This document shows positions 10,750-26,122 of a stretch of 64,000 bases of DNA, piece by piece. Source of the stretch: the human T2T-CHM13v2.0 reference genome, Homo sapiens; NCBI RefSeq assembly GCF_009914755.1, contig NC_060930.1; one strand, given 5' to 3'. How positions within the stretch are numbered: the stretch's first letter is position 1; each line of letters opens with the position of its first letter. Both the position numbers and the translations under genes were made by a program. The notes beneath the pieces are model-generated. The model saw only the letters and a program-made list of their open reading frames with translations, did not search any database and had not been told where the DNA came from.

Positions 10750-12300
10750 AATTGGTGCAGCACCTGGACAAGGCGGGCGAGTGTGCTGCCGGCCAACATC
10801 TGCTCCTTGCCCAGTCGCAAAAGAGGTGCCTTGGCCTTGCCGCGCACCCCCCACCTCGGGGACCCTGGCCGCTGTCGCGAAGGCCCAGACAGCCTAGCTC
10901 GGCCGCGCGGGGAGGAGAGAGACAGGGAAAGGAGCGGGGCACTCCCTGCACTCCCAGCCCCGGCCTTCGCTCGGGACGCTGCCAACAGCCCCTGAGTTCC
11001 TGCCTGGAAATCAGGGATTCTCTGCGGCTCCCCAGGCTTCGACGCCCGGACCCCCAGGGGAAGGGTCAACAGCTCGGACGTCGAGCTGTTCCACTCTATC
11101 GCTTCCCAAGGAAGCGGGCTAGGGGTAACGGGCACGGTTGGTGGGTTTGCCCCCAGCAGAGGCTAGCGGTGGCGATTAGGAGTCCAGATGTCTTGGGTAT
11201 AGCCGTCGCCCCGGGAAAGTGGGCTCTAGACGCAGGAGTTGGCAAGCCCTCTCTGGGGGCACGCGTGGCTGGGGCAGAGGTGCAGTGGGCCTAGGAGTGA
11301 CAAGGGTTCGAGGCCCGGAGGAGAGTCTCCTAGCTTTTTGCCTGCCCGGCTTTTCCACTTGACTCTGCAGAGTCGGGCCCAGGACATTGCACCTGCATGG
11401 CAGAGGCAACTGTGGAAGATGGTGCCCCAAGAGAAAGAGGGAGATGAGACAAGTGCAGGAAGACTGGAGAGGAAAGGGGGACAGCTGCCCAGGGAAGTAC
11501 AGTAATCTGGGCTTTTCCTGCTTTTTTGAGGGGGGCGGGCGGTATTTGTGAGAATGAAGGGGGACAGCTGAGAGCTGGGGAGCAAAGTTCTGAGGCAGGT
11601 TTCCTTCAGCTCCCACCCATCAAACTTCTGGGTGTTTCTGACCTCAGCTCCCTGCTTCCAATGAAGAGGAACCTACTCTTTAAGAGCTGAAGCACGGGGG
11701 AAAACGAATTCTTAGACCCCCTGGAAACCACTCCCCTGCTGGGCCTAAAGTCAGTTCCCTAGAGAAGGGAGCCCGGGAGACCCTCTGGGCACCCCGGCAT
11801 CTCAAGCCAGAGCTGAGGGCCCGGAAAGTGAGGGGCCGCGCCTCAGTACTGGAGGCCTAGAGTCCATCTCCGCGAACTGGGGGCTCTCAGGGCCCGCAGA
11901 AATCCCCCTTAGCCCTCCGAGGCCCCTGGAAGGAGTCGCCCCGGGAGAGGAAATCACTCAGCTCTGAAAAGCGTCGCAAACGGGCGGTGGGAGAGTTCTA
12001 AAGCGGCCTTTCGCCTCTCGGAGGAGGTGAGGCCGAGCTGGGGATGTGCGGGTTTGGGGCCCAGAACTGCACCGCAGGGCCGCAGAGGCGGGAAGCTGGC
12101 CGGAGAGGAGTGGGAAGGCGACCAAGGGCAGCAGCCGGGGCCTCCTGCGGGGCGCAGGTCTGTGCTGGCGCCGGGCCTGGCCTCTGCAGGCTCGGCGGAG
12201 CCTCCCGATTGCTCCCGCCGCACCCGCCCGCGGCCACTCACCCGGCCCCGCGGCCAGCCCGGGCGGGGTCGCACGCAAACAAGGATGCTTCTATTTACTC
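10750..12300. promoter_or_regulatory. Downstream orphan CpG island(s)
   Basis: GC- and CpG-rich blocks at about 10750-11320 and 11780-12300 with no credible CDS. Confidence 0.75.
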
Positions 12301-12689
12301 GCCTCTGCCTGTAGATTTCTAAGACATTCAGCAGGCACAATCATTAAACTAATTTGTGTTTGATTGTTTGGGCGGACGGAGGGTAGTTTTATTGCGCTAA
12401 GCATTCAAGCAGGCACGCATCGCTGATTACCAGTATACATTAAATAAAGTTGTTTGTACACATTGTCTTACCACATATAGGCAGAGGCTTATTATTCTAA
12501 TTACTCTAATTAGTGCATTGAAATGTTTTCTACTTGATTTGAGGAGACAGTGATTAGTTCTATTACTTCTTTTAACTCGTATTTTATGGAAAACTGTTGG
12601 TGCATGTTCAAATTACTTTATTTGCCCCTGAAATATAACGCTGACCCAAATGCAGTGAACTGCACGGCCCTTGTGGGGCCCCAACTTTG

Positions 12690-13950
12690 ATGTGGGCCTC
12701 GGCTTGGAAGAGGCGTCTGTTATTTATTATTTCCCTCCCACCAGCGTAGCCTGGTCTCCCAGCGCCGTGCCCGCCGCCCCCGCCCCATCCTGCGCCCCAG
12801 ATGCGCGCCCCGCTTGGACCAGTCCGAGCAGAGGGGGGTTCCGAAATCTGCTCGGACGCAGCATCGCTGGCCGCCTGCCCCGCTAGTTCCCCGAGTGCGA
12901 TTACTTTTTAAAGGCTCCTTTAAGCATATTTCCGTGAATCTGTTTCTTGTGCTTTAATGTTACTATTAATTGATAAGATCAGCTCATCAAACATACTATT
13001 TCGATAGGGAATTGTAATTAAAACCTTAATCCTGTTTGAGACTTTCTTCTCTCTCTAAATTCCTTTTTCTTATGAAAGGGGTGCAAAGTTCACTACAAAA
13101 AGTACTATAACAGGGAGATTAATTCGTTATCTAAATAACAATCTTTGCTATTGATCCAACGTACTTTCCGCCACCTTTTGTGTTGGTCCGGGAGGCCCTT
13201 AAAAAAGAGAATATACAAAGCAGAAGATCTGGACCAAGCCCCACCGACTCCGATAGACTTGGGAGAGCGAGGGGATCCGCGGTCCGCCCCCCTTAACCAC
13301 AGTCTGAGGAAGCTTCAGAAGTGGGTCCTGGCCGTCCCAGGCGATGCCACTGGGGAAGCGCAGCGCTAGAGCCGCGGGCCTGGGAGCCGGGCTCCTCCAC
13401 AGTCCTCTCCCCTCGCAAAGGGAGATCTGATCTGCTCAGTCTCTAGGTAAATATTCGACCGATTCTGCTTTTACTTTTAATATTTAAACTTGGATTATCC
13501 CGTCTCCAAATGCGCGTTCCTAACCTTTGCCAGTGGCTGGGATGTAATAAATCCTGGCGGGGCCGGGGCGCTCAGCCTCCCCAGGTCGCGGCCGCTGCCT
13601 CCCTCCCCCGTCCCGCCCCGCCCCGCGGGCCCCGGCCTGTCCGCCCCTCGCCGCCCGCAGCGAAAGCCGCGCCGGAATGAAATCAGCGCCTCCCCGCAGC
13701 TGACGGCTGAGCATCCTGGGCGCTGGCAGGCGGGGGAGGCCGCCCTTTATCCCGGCTGAGGAGTCCTCGGGGGCTGCAGATGGAGCCGCGGCTACCCGGA
13801 GGAGAAAGAGCCCGGCTTCGTGGAGGCAGCAGCCCCCAGGCATAGGAGGGGGTAGCAAGTGGGGCCAGGGGCCGGGAGGTTGGGCGGGGTCTATGGTTTG
13901 TATGTGTTGGGTGGCGGGTCGGGGAAGGTACCCTTTCCAAACCTATCTCC
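12690..13950. promoter_or_regulatory. Downstream CpG-rich blocks with GC boxes
   Basis: CpG-rich at 12740-12900 and 13240-13920; multiple CCCGCCCC at about 13610-13625. Confidence 0.7.
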
Positions 13951-15433
13951 CCTCCTCGCTAGCCCTTTTAAAAAGGTGGTGGCCCCAGTTTGAGAATAAG
14001 CCCCAGCGTCTCTGAAGCCACGAGGACCGTTTGTGCTCCCAAGTCAACTCAGTATTCCGAGATTTTCTTCTTTTCTAAGAGCTTCACCCCCTCCCCACAC
14101 CCTCCTTCTTTCCGTCTAACAAAGTCTTCTTTCCCCCACGCACAGACTTGTTATGTAACAAAGTCTCCCAGGCGAGTTTAACTGGAGAATAAAGGACACC
14201 CTAGCCCCACCCCTCCTTTCCTTTCCCTTCCCTCCTTCCTCCCCGCTCTCTTCCCTCAGTGCATCTGTTCTCCAGGACTTCTGTCCTCGCACCCAAGAAA
14301 GCGGCGGGCCTTAGCCGAGTAGAACTTTGGCGCCCCACAGTGGCATCGGCTCGGAACTACCTTTGATTTTACAGCCTCCCAGTCAGCACAACTGTTTTTG
14401 TTTCAGATCCAATTCTCCTTCCCCTTACTCCTCTCCTTCCTCACTCTACATTCTTTCCCTCAACCCCTCCTAGGCAAACACTTATGAAGGTGACTACGCA
14501 TATGACCCCTACAAGGGTTTCTAAACATTTAGTTCTAGGTAATTCCTGAGTAGATATTTGAAAAGTTTAGCCAGAAAAGACACTACGTTCTATACCAGAA
14601 AAGTTCCCAAAGGTAGGAAGAAAGAATCACTTCCCCAGTTCCTTAGTTCCTACATGTTGAGGCTGTAGCAGATAAGTCTTTAGTCTCTCTAAGGAGCCTC
14701 AGCTTTTGGCAGGCATTAAGACCAGAATACCAGGTTAGAAGCCACGGTTAATAACAGGTACAATGCTTCAATCAGCAAAAATGGAGTCCAGCAAATGCTA
14801 TTTTAACCCAGCCCAGTTTTCATCAGACACTTCTTGCTCTATAGTAGGTTTGTTCAGTTTTACCACTCAAAAGTGAGTTTTTTAAAAAGTGGATCACTTG
14901 AACAGAAACTCATCCATGGAAGAATTTTCCAGACTAGGGAAAACATTCCCCTAGAAACTCCCACCAAAGGTATCAGTTCAGCCTGTGGAGCTGAACTTTG
15001 CTTCCCTCAGAGCCCAGTGCATTTGTCCTCCCATACTATGGGCCATTTGCACCATGAATGTTGTTTTCTCCCTCCGCCTTTATCCAAAGTAACACGACAA
15101 GGAGAAGAAGAGAAAGGACATGGACTTCAGGCAGATCCCAGCAGTATTAATGGAACTGGGCAAAGGATTTGCAGTCAGAACACATGTGTTTGTCTATACT
15201 TCTATGCTTACTAACCAGCAACGGGGGAAAGTCAGTTGACATCTTCAGATCTCAGTTTTCTCATGTGCAGAATGTGGATAATATTCCTTTTTAAACTTTG
15301 CAACAGGGTTGAAGTAAGGCTCGGATGAAATAATGTATATGAAAGCATTGTATAAATTACCGCAAATCCAACCTGAAGCACTACTGTTGCCAACTCCAAT
15401 GGAGGTCTTTGCTGTGACTAATAAGAAATGTTT

Positions 15434-15695
15434 GTTGTTTTGTTTTTTGAGACAGGGTCTCTCTCCATCGCCCAGACTGAATTGCGGTGGTGCAATCATA
15501 GCTCACTACAGCCTTGAACTCCTGAGCTCAAGGGATCTTCCCATCTCAGCCTCCACAGTAACTAGGACTATAGGCATGTGCCACCATGTCTCACTTTGTT
15601 GCAGAGTCTGGTCTGGAACTCCTAAACTCAAGCAATTCCCCCACCTCAGCCTCCCAAAGTGCTGGGATTATAGATGTGAGCCACTGTGCCCGGCT
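15434..15695 (-). mobile_element. Old Alu (AluJ-like, internally deleted) with TSD
   Basis: Antisense Alu sequence; TSD taagaaatgttt at 15422-15433 and 15696-15707. Preceded by a MIR-like fragment at about 15230-15350. Confidence 0.85.
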
Positions 15696-16149
15696 TAAGA
15701 AATGTTTTCTAACTTAAAAATAACCATATAGCCTTACGTCTATTTGTGTGGGGGAAGAGAAATGCAGGACAGTCATCTCAGTTGCATTATCCAGGGAAGG
15801 CACCACCGATTCTGCTTAGCTTTAAATTGGGGCTGCCACTCAGGAGACATTTTGTGTTTAGCATGTTCAGGTCCTGACTTGTAGCTGAAACGATCAGTCG
15901 GGCCCCTGGCGCCACATACCAGTGACTGCAGCGACTGTAGCTCCTGTGATGCGATGGCTAGCCCCGTACTCTTGCAAAGCACTCCATTTCTTCAACATCT
16001 TCCAAACTCCTGACGTTTATAGTGTCCATCTGTGGTGTCATTTATAGCAGCCTGGATTAGGAAGAGAATACTAGGCTCATGCACTTAAAACCAAGCACAC
16101 ACACGAAACAGCAGCAGCACTAATCACCCGCAGCTTTTCACGAATCCAC

Positions 16150-17010
16150 ACACGCCTCCCGTCTAGAGAGCCCCAGTGGCCCAGGGCCACCTCCAGTCCC
16201 TGGACTTGGAAATCAGGACGCTGTGGATCCCACAGGCGCCCCGCGACATCCTGGAGTCGCCGGGAGTGGCGCTGCGGTGAAAGCCGGTGCCTAGAGTGGG
16301 CTTAGGGGTCCCATTCCACTCGGAAAGTCCTCTCACCTCCCCAAGGGCCATTCTGCCGGCGCAATGTGGGGGTCCCTCCGCCACTCGAGCAGAGCCTGCC
16401 TAGGCCAGGCACCCCTTTGGGTGAGAGCGGAGGGCCCCTGGGACGCCCAGCCAGGCCTGGCGTCTGGGGAGCCGGGGCTCCTGTGTGTGTCGGGCAGGCT
16501 CCGATGGCCGAAGCAGGGACGAAGGAACGGCTTCGCTGCGGGAGGCTAGAGGGCTGCGCTTCCGCCCTCCCGGCCTCCCTCTTGCCGCATGAGCAGCGCA
16601 GGGCCTCCTGGGCTGTGCTGGGGTCAAGAGTTATGAACACTTCGTGTCCTCAGGAGCTCACGGGGGTGACGAGAGGCGGTCTGGGTCTGAAGCCGCTACA
16701 CAGAGGGGAGCAGTGGGGCCTCGGGGAGCAGCGGGGCCTCGGCTTGGCGGCTCCCCCCGCCACCCCGCCACCTTTCAGGACCCAGGCCAAGCCGCCTCAC
16801 GAAGACCAGGAAGCGGCCTCTGCCGGGAAGCCACCTGCAGCCTATAGTCCCCTCCCCAAGCGGCCCCAGCCCGTGCTATCTCCTACATAGTTGCCTTCCG
16901 AACGCCTGGAGGGCCCTGACCCTTCCGGTGTTCCACCGCAATGGGGTCGGGGGGAGAGGGGGGCTGTGGCTGCCTGAGACCTCCAGGGCAGCGCACATTA
17001 CGGGCGGGAA
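16150..17010. promoter_or_regulatory. Orphan CpG island
   Basis: High GC and CpG content; only low-complexity GC-driven ORFs. Confidence 0.7.
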
Positions 17011-18624
17011 AGGGAAGTCAAGGCAGGAACCAGAACATCCAGGGAGAATGCAGGTCTGACATGAGCCAAGGCCTTGGCAGTAGAGGAACTTTCACCAGGT
17101 CGTGGAAAAGACCAAGCCACTAGCCCCAAAGAGCCGGACTTCTCGCCAAGCGCCGGAGTCCCTGAACCAGGATATGTGGGCACTGCTCCCTGCAAGGTGT
17201 CGATAATGCAGGTACGTGAAGACACACGCATTTCCAAAAGAACAGACCTAAATGCAGAACTTTAGGACCCTTAGAGTAATCAAAGTTAGTTAGGAGGTGA
17301 TTTAGCAATCTCAAAAACAAAAAAGGAAGAATGCTTTGGCAGAAAGAAGAGAGAAGTGGAGTAGGCACTCTGGGTAGAAGGGAACTGGCACAATGTGAGG
17401 CAGGAAGCAGGAAAAGGCAGAGGGCGAGCAGGTTTGCTGGGCTGGGCCGGGGAGCAGGAGCTGGCACCTGGCATGAGAGGGCTGCTAAGGGAAACAGTGT
17501 ATGGAGTTAATTGGTAGAGGGTCTGGAAGAAGTTTTAATTAGACTCAAAAGGCAATTAAGAGCCATCGTAGAGGGGGAGATCCGATGGAAATAATGCTCC
17601 TGGAAGGAAGAGAGTTGGCACAGTGCATTGGATAGGTTGGAAAGTGGTAAGGATGAAAGCAGGGAGGTTAACTAGGTAGGAGGTTGCTGGTGTAGATCTG
17701 ACTCAAAGTGGTCAGTCAGGGAAATTTGAAAAGGATAGGCAAATGACTGGTGCCTGAATGGCTGTAGGGGGAAAAAAAGACAAAAGAATGGTGATACCAT
17801 GATTACATTTTTAAGGAAGAAAATGGACAAGCATAGACAGATGAGAACAAAAGAGAATTGTAGAAATTGTGTTCAGTTTTAGAAGTGCTAATTTTACTAG
17901 TTTATTTCTCTTTTCCTTCCTCCATCTCCCCCACCCCCTCCCAGGAATATCACGAAGTCACCAGGATAGCAGGTTTTTCAGCAACATTTAACTATTTACT
18001 GAAACTACCTCTAATGCTGACCCTAGTAAAAACAACTTAATTTCAATTCAGGAAATTTCATTAAGAATACATGCTAATAAATGGTACCTCTGTAACTGCA
18101 AGAATGTGAAGGAAGAAAAAACGTACGTGAATCTGAGGTCTCACATTTTTCATTTGTAGTAGGTGCTATCCATGGTGTGGAGAAATTTTTATAGAAGAAC
18201 AGCACCCAGGCTAGAGAATGAGACCTGCTTGAGACATATCACTTCTTTTTCATGTATCTTCTGCCACATATTTTCATCCAAATGTTTATTTGTTTCCAAG
18301 ACAGCTAAAGAAAGGAGTCTATTTTAAAGAAATTTAGACATACATTAAACTTTCCTTGTTTAACACATTCAGTCAACTAAAACTATGAGAGGTCATGTTT
18401 GGGGAGAAGACATTTGTTTATACTTAATATCACTTCCTAAAACACAAAAACCCCTTTCTAAGGTTTCCTAGACTTTAAAAGATAGGAGTGGTATACTGTA
18501 TTGATTTCAGTTAGGAAAAAGGAAGGCAATTTGAATAGGGGCCAGTGGAATACAAATATGTCAATATTCTCTTGAATATAGTGTAAAGTAACTGAGATTA
18601 CCTGGTTTTAAATAAAGAGCATAT

Positions 18625-21140
<2,516 letters not shown>

Positions 21141-21355
21141 AAAACAGAGCATGAACTGACTTCCACATAATTTCTCTTCTTCTTCTCTGTGCTATAGATA
21201 GTCAACCTAAGTTAGTTCTATTTTCCACTTCTTATTTAAAATAAAGCTAACCAGAGGTCATTAATTTCTTTTTCTTGGAAGCTCCCTACATAGCATTCAT
21301 ATTTTAAAAAAAAAAACTTTTCACCTGAAAATGTTAGTTAGAAATTAAAATTTTT

Positions 21356-21713
<358 letters not shown>

Positions 21714-22899
21714 TCAGAATAAAATTTTGCTCTAATTTGTTAAGGGAATTAAAGTTTTCGGAGTCATTTTGCTAGCATTTTTTCAGATGTAGACAAACTA
21801 CTCCCACATATACCCCCTGTATATTTCACAAAATGTACCATAACCTCTCAGATGCAACTAAGTGGACTAGAGAGGCTATTGGCTCTGAGTTAGAAGGTGC
21901 ATGTATGGAGTGGGAAAACTTGCAGGATGCCCTGCCTCTCTGCTGTTATTAGCATGGTCTCTCAAATCGGAAAGAAAAGGAAAAAGCTATTATGAAATGG
22001 TACCGCATGGGAGGCTAAATTTTCAGAATTATCTCTATAGTGAGGCAACATTTTAGAAACCAATAAAAAAGTTTATTTCTGAAAAAGCTTCATGTAGCAT
22101 AGATCTGATGGCATCTTAATTAGATGATAAATATAAAATATAAAATTCTCTTTATAATTTTGCAGTATTTTCCATAGAAAGATATAAAGAAAAATTTAAC
22201 AATTACCTGCACACCTATCACACAGTTTAAGAAATAAAGTATTGCCAACATGTTACTTCCCCTGAGTTACAGCTGCTTGATCACCTTTTCCTCTCTTCTT
22301 CACCCGAGGTATCCACCATGCTGAATTTGGTGTTTACCATTTCTATGAATGTCTTTATATTTTTACACACATATTTGTATTCTTGAGAGTTTTTGTTTTA
22401 AAACTATATAAATTATGTAAAACTTTTGAATAAATCACACTTCATAGAACATTTAAAAATATCTCAAATGCAAAAGACAAGCATCTTGCATATACTGCTG
22501 CACTTTTCAGACTTACATAATGCAATACTTTGGTTTAAAGGCCTGTATGGCCCTTCCAAACCATTTATGTTTTCAAAAAATTGAAACACTACAGAGAAAA
22601 GTAAAAGACAGAATGGATAGTGATAACAATATTTATGTTTTGCCTTTTTGAATAAGAGCAAGGCCTACATGTTTTACAGATTATCAGCTCAATTGTGTAT
22701 ATAAGAAAAAGAAAAATATCCCAGCATATGTGTGACTTATAAATAACTGCATGTTCTAATAGTTTCCACTTCAGAAATATTTACTTCTGAATGAAAAACA
22801 TTATTTTTCATTTTGAATACTTTTATGAGTATCAAGTGATTCAGGAAGAATTCTGCTGTATGCATCAAAAGGAGTTTTTCTCCAATTATAAATAAAAAT

Positions 22900-23390
22900 A
22901 AGTGTGGTACCTTGTTTCCAAAGATGGTTACAATAGCCTCCATCCTGCACACTTTCTACAGTGGGATTTTGCCACATCTCTCATAAAGTGGTAAAGTTAT
23001 TCCCACCATCACCAACCCTACCTAAGCTGGGCTGATTCTTGTTTTGATTAATAAAATGCAGTTTTAGAAATGACCCTGGATGGCTTGCAAAGCTACGTTT
23101 TAAGAGATCTTGTAACTTCTATTTTTGCAGTCTTGGAAGTGCTGAGAGAAGACAGAAACGAGGTACTCAGCAAACAACCCAGCTAACCCTAATCCCAGCC
23201 AATCAGCTAGCTGATTGAAGCCCCAAGTGAGCTCAGGTACATGATATGTGCCAACACAACACAAACACATACACACTTCCAGAGAACAGAAGAATTGCCC
23301 AAACAGTCCACAGAATCATGAGAAATAAGCATTATTGCTTCAAGACATACATTTTGAAGGGTCACAATGCAGCAATAAATAACTGAAAGA
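22900..23390 (+). mobile_element. MLT1-type MaLR solo LTR (old)
   Basis: MLT1-like start tgtggtac and 3' part ccacagaatcatgagaaataa...gcagcaataaataactgaa. Confidence 0.55.
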
Positions 23391-25624
23391 GTGATATGAG
23401 AATGGGTTTGTTGTAAGTTTAGCATACTTTCACTGTGAGGTCAAGTTATAGGAAAATTTTCACAAAGAAAAAAAATCTTACCTGTTCTGCATCATAGTAA
23501 AACTCAACATTTAAAGGTTCTTGAGGTGCCATTCCTGCCCAACTTACAATCCTCTGAGGTATGTCAAATGTGAGTGAAGGACTTTACACTAGATACAATT
23601 TTCAACTAACCAGTCCAAATGATACTGCTTGACACTTATTTCTAAGTGTGTGGGGAACCGTGAACTACTCAAATATCAATCTTACTTGTAATTGCCATGA
23701 GGAATTTATAATCCAAGTCCATAAATTCATACCAACTTCTAGAAGAACAGAAGCAGGTGAATATTAGGTGCAAGCTGACTCAATTTAAATTCTTAGTTGG
23801 AAAAGAACTCAAACCTAGGAGGGGTAATATAAGAAAATGATTCTGCAGTGTTTATTAATGTGAGAAAATGATATTTAGCAGGAATAAGTAGGATGATAGC
23901 AGGAAGAAGTAGGAAGAAGTAGGATGTGGGGAACACCTGGAAATGACAAAGGGATATTGTCCTTTTTAAGAAATGGGTAGGAGAAAGAGTTGCTTATAAG
24001 AATATATTTTTTAAAAATAGTAGTGTATGACTATTAGGACTCTTTCATTTGCAAACAACCGAAACTAAATAGGCTTAACAAACGAAAAACTCAAGCAAAG
24101 AAGATTTATTAGATCATGCAACTTCTGCAGTGGCTCTATCCATGAGGACAAATTAGATTATAGGACTGAGTCTGGCTCTCTTCCTTTCCTGGCATGCGAA
24201 CTCATTCTGTTGTCTAGAAAGCTTGGTAGTATGCTAGGCATCTATTTGGTACTACCAGAAGTCCCAGCCACCCAAGGCCCAGAAAACTTTTTGAGTTTGT
24301 GTGTGTGCACACGCGCATGCAAGCACGTGGGCGTGGAGTGTGGAAGTGGGGAGGTGCTTTGATTGCCTAGTTTCCACATCATATATCAATCTTTAAAACC
24401 AAGGAAATAGCCCCACCCAAACCACATGTCCTGAGAGTCTGAGAGGGGTGTTTTTCCAAAGAAAGGATGGAGGTTCAAGAAACGTTAAAAGGTGACTGAA
24501 TAGGAAAAAAAAAGGAATTAAGAATCATGTGCATGATAATTAACGTACTTTTAATATGATAATGCTTATATTTTAAACATCTCTAGGCTAAGACATAAAA
24601 GTAAAGGAACTTTTTCCTTTCTGTCTTAGCAACTTATTGGTTGTACCAATTCGTAGGTGAGTTACAAAAGTGAAGATTTTTAGTAGTCTCTTAACCTACA
24701 GTTTTCCTATTTCTTTCTATATAGGTTAATAGATCTTTTGAGAAAACTGCTCTTAAAATATTAAAATATTTCATCTTAAAAATGTTATTTGAAATTCCAC
24801 AACATTCTTAATGAAAAAAATATTATCTGCATCATTACATTAAATGGCTTCTGGAATACATTACCACTAATGATGCTAATAGAGTTAGTCCAGATGCAAA
24901 CTATAAAAACATCCATTATCTTTTGTCCTTGAAGGAACTTCAAAAATTGCTTTTTTTTCTTATAAGAAGCCTACGAATGCTATACATAATTTCTTGCATT
25001 TTGTTTTGTAAACTGTTCTACAGAGCCTCAATATCTCACAAGTTTCTGAGATTATTTTCAAAACATATTTCATAATTTTGTAATTTTTTCTGTAGCCCAG
25101 GATCATATATAATTGATTTAATGAATGTAGTAGCAAGATATTTAATGTAATTTTTATTTTGCTTCCTAGCTTGTATTCAGCTTACATATATTAGGTAGTG
25201 CTGAATGCATCAAAAACATTTTATAAAAAAAGAAACTAAATTACCATTATTGGTAATAAATGAAAGTTCAAAGTAGATTTGTGTATCAGTGTTATGTTAG
25301 CTTACAGAGTTTTTTAAAATGCAGTGATAAAATATTTAACTTAAATATTCTTAAGCAAAAGTCCTACAAAAATGGTGTTTATTATAAAGATTAAGTAGAC
25401 GTTTATAAGGCAGGCAAGAGCATGGAAATAGAAAAGTCTACACACTTAACACCCAATGAATGACTAGATCTCTCAGATAAAGTGTATATAATGCAAACTT
25501 CTGTTAGCTCTGAGTCATGGCCTTTAGTACCTGTAAAGTGTTTTGAATCCAGTTAATAAAATATCTTTCTTTTCCTGTATATAATTTGTAGGTCACTAGC
25601 ATTTTTGGCTTTATTGGGAAGAAT

Positions 25625-26122
25625 ATTAGTTATTCAGAACCAATAGAATGTGTACACACAGAGAAAGAGATTTATTATAGGAATTGGCTCCTGTGATTAT
25701 GAAGGCTGGCAAGTACAAAATCTTTAGGGAAGGCTGGTGGGCTGGAGACCCAGGAGAGCTGATGCTCTGAAGTTCCAGTCTGAAGGCCAGCAGTTTGGAG
25801 AGCCAGCATCCCAATTTGCATGTGAAGGCAGTCTGTGGTAGAACCAGGAAGAGTCAAAAGTCTCAGTGAAGTCCAAAGGCAGGCTGATGGAGAAATTCTG
25901 TCTTGCATTAGGGAGGGCAGTCTTTTTGCTCTCTGCAGGCCTTCAAATGATTAAATGAGGCCCACCCACATTACGGAGGGCAATCTGCTTTACACAAAGT
26001 CCACCAATTTAAATGTTACTCTCATCCAAAATACCCTCACAGAAACACCCAGAATAATGTTTGACTAATTATCTGGGCATCCTATGGTCCAGCCAAGTTG
26101 ACAGATGAAATTAACCATCACA
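25625..26122 (-). mobile_element. MLT2 LTR (3' LTR of an ERV-L relic)
   Basis: Minus strand begins tgtgatggttaatttcatctgtcaacttgg, typical of MLT2, directly after ERV-L internal sequence. Confidence 0.85.

Noticed and set aside
10756-10775. RE1/REST-like TGCAGCACC-T-GGACAAGGCG
   Set aside because: One-base spacer instead of two and a mismatched right half-site; too weak without ChIP data.
10703-17474. ORFs in the downstream CpG islands (e.g. 10752-11294, 16366-16890)
   Set aside because: Pro/Gly/Arg/Ala-rich products typical of stop-poor GC DNA; no splice or domain support.
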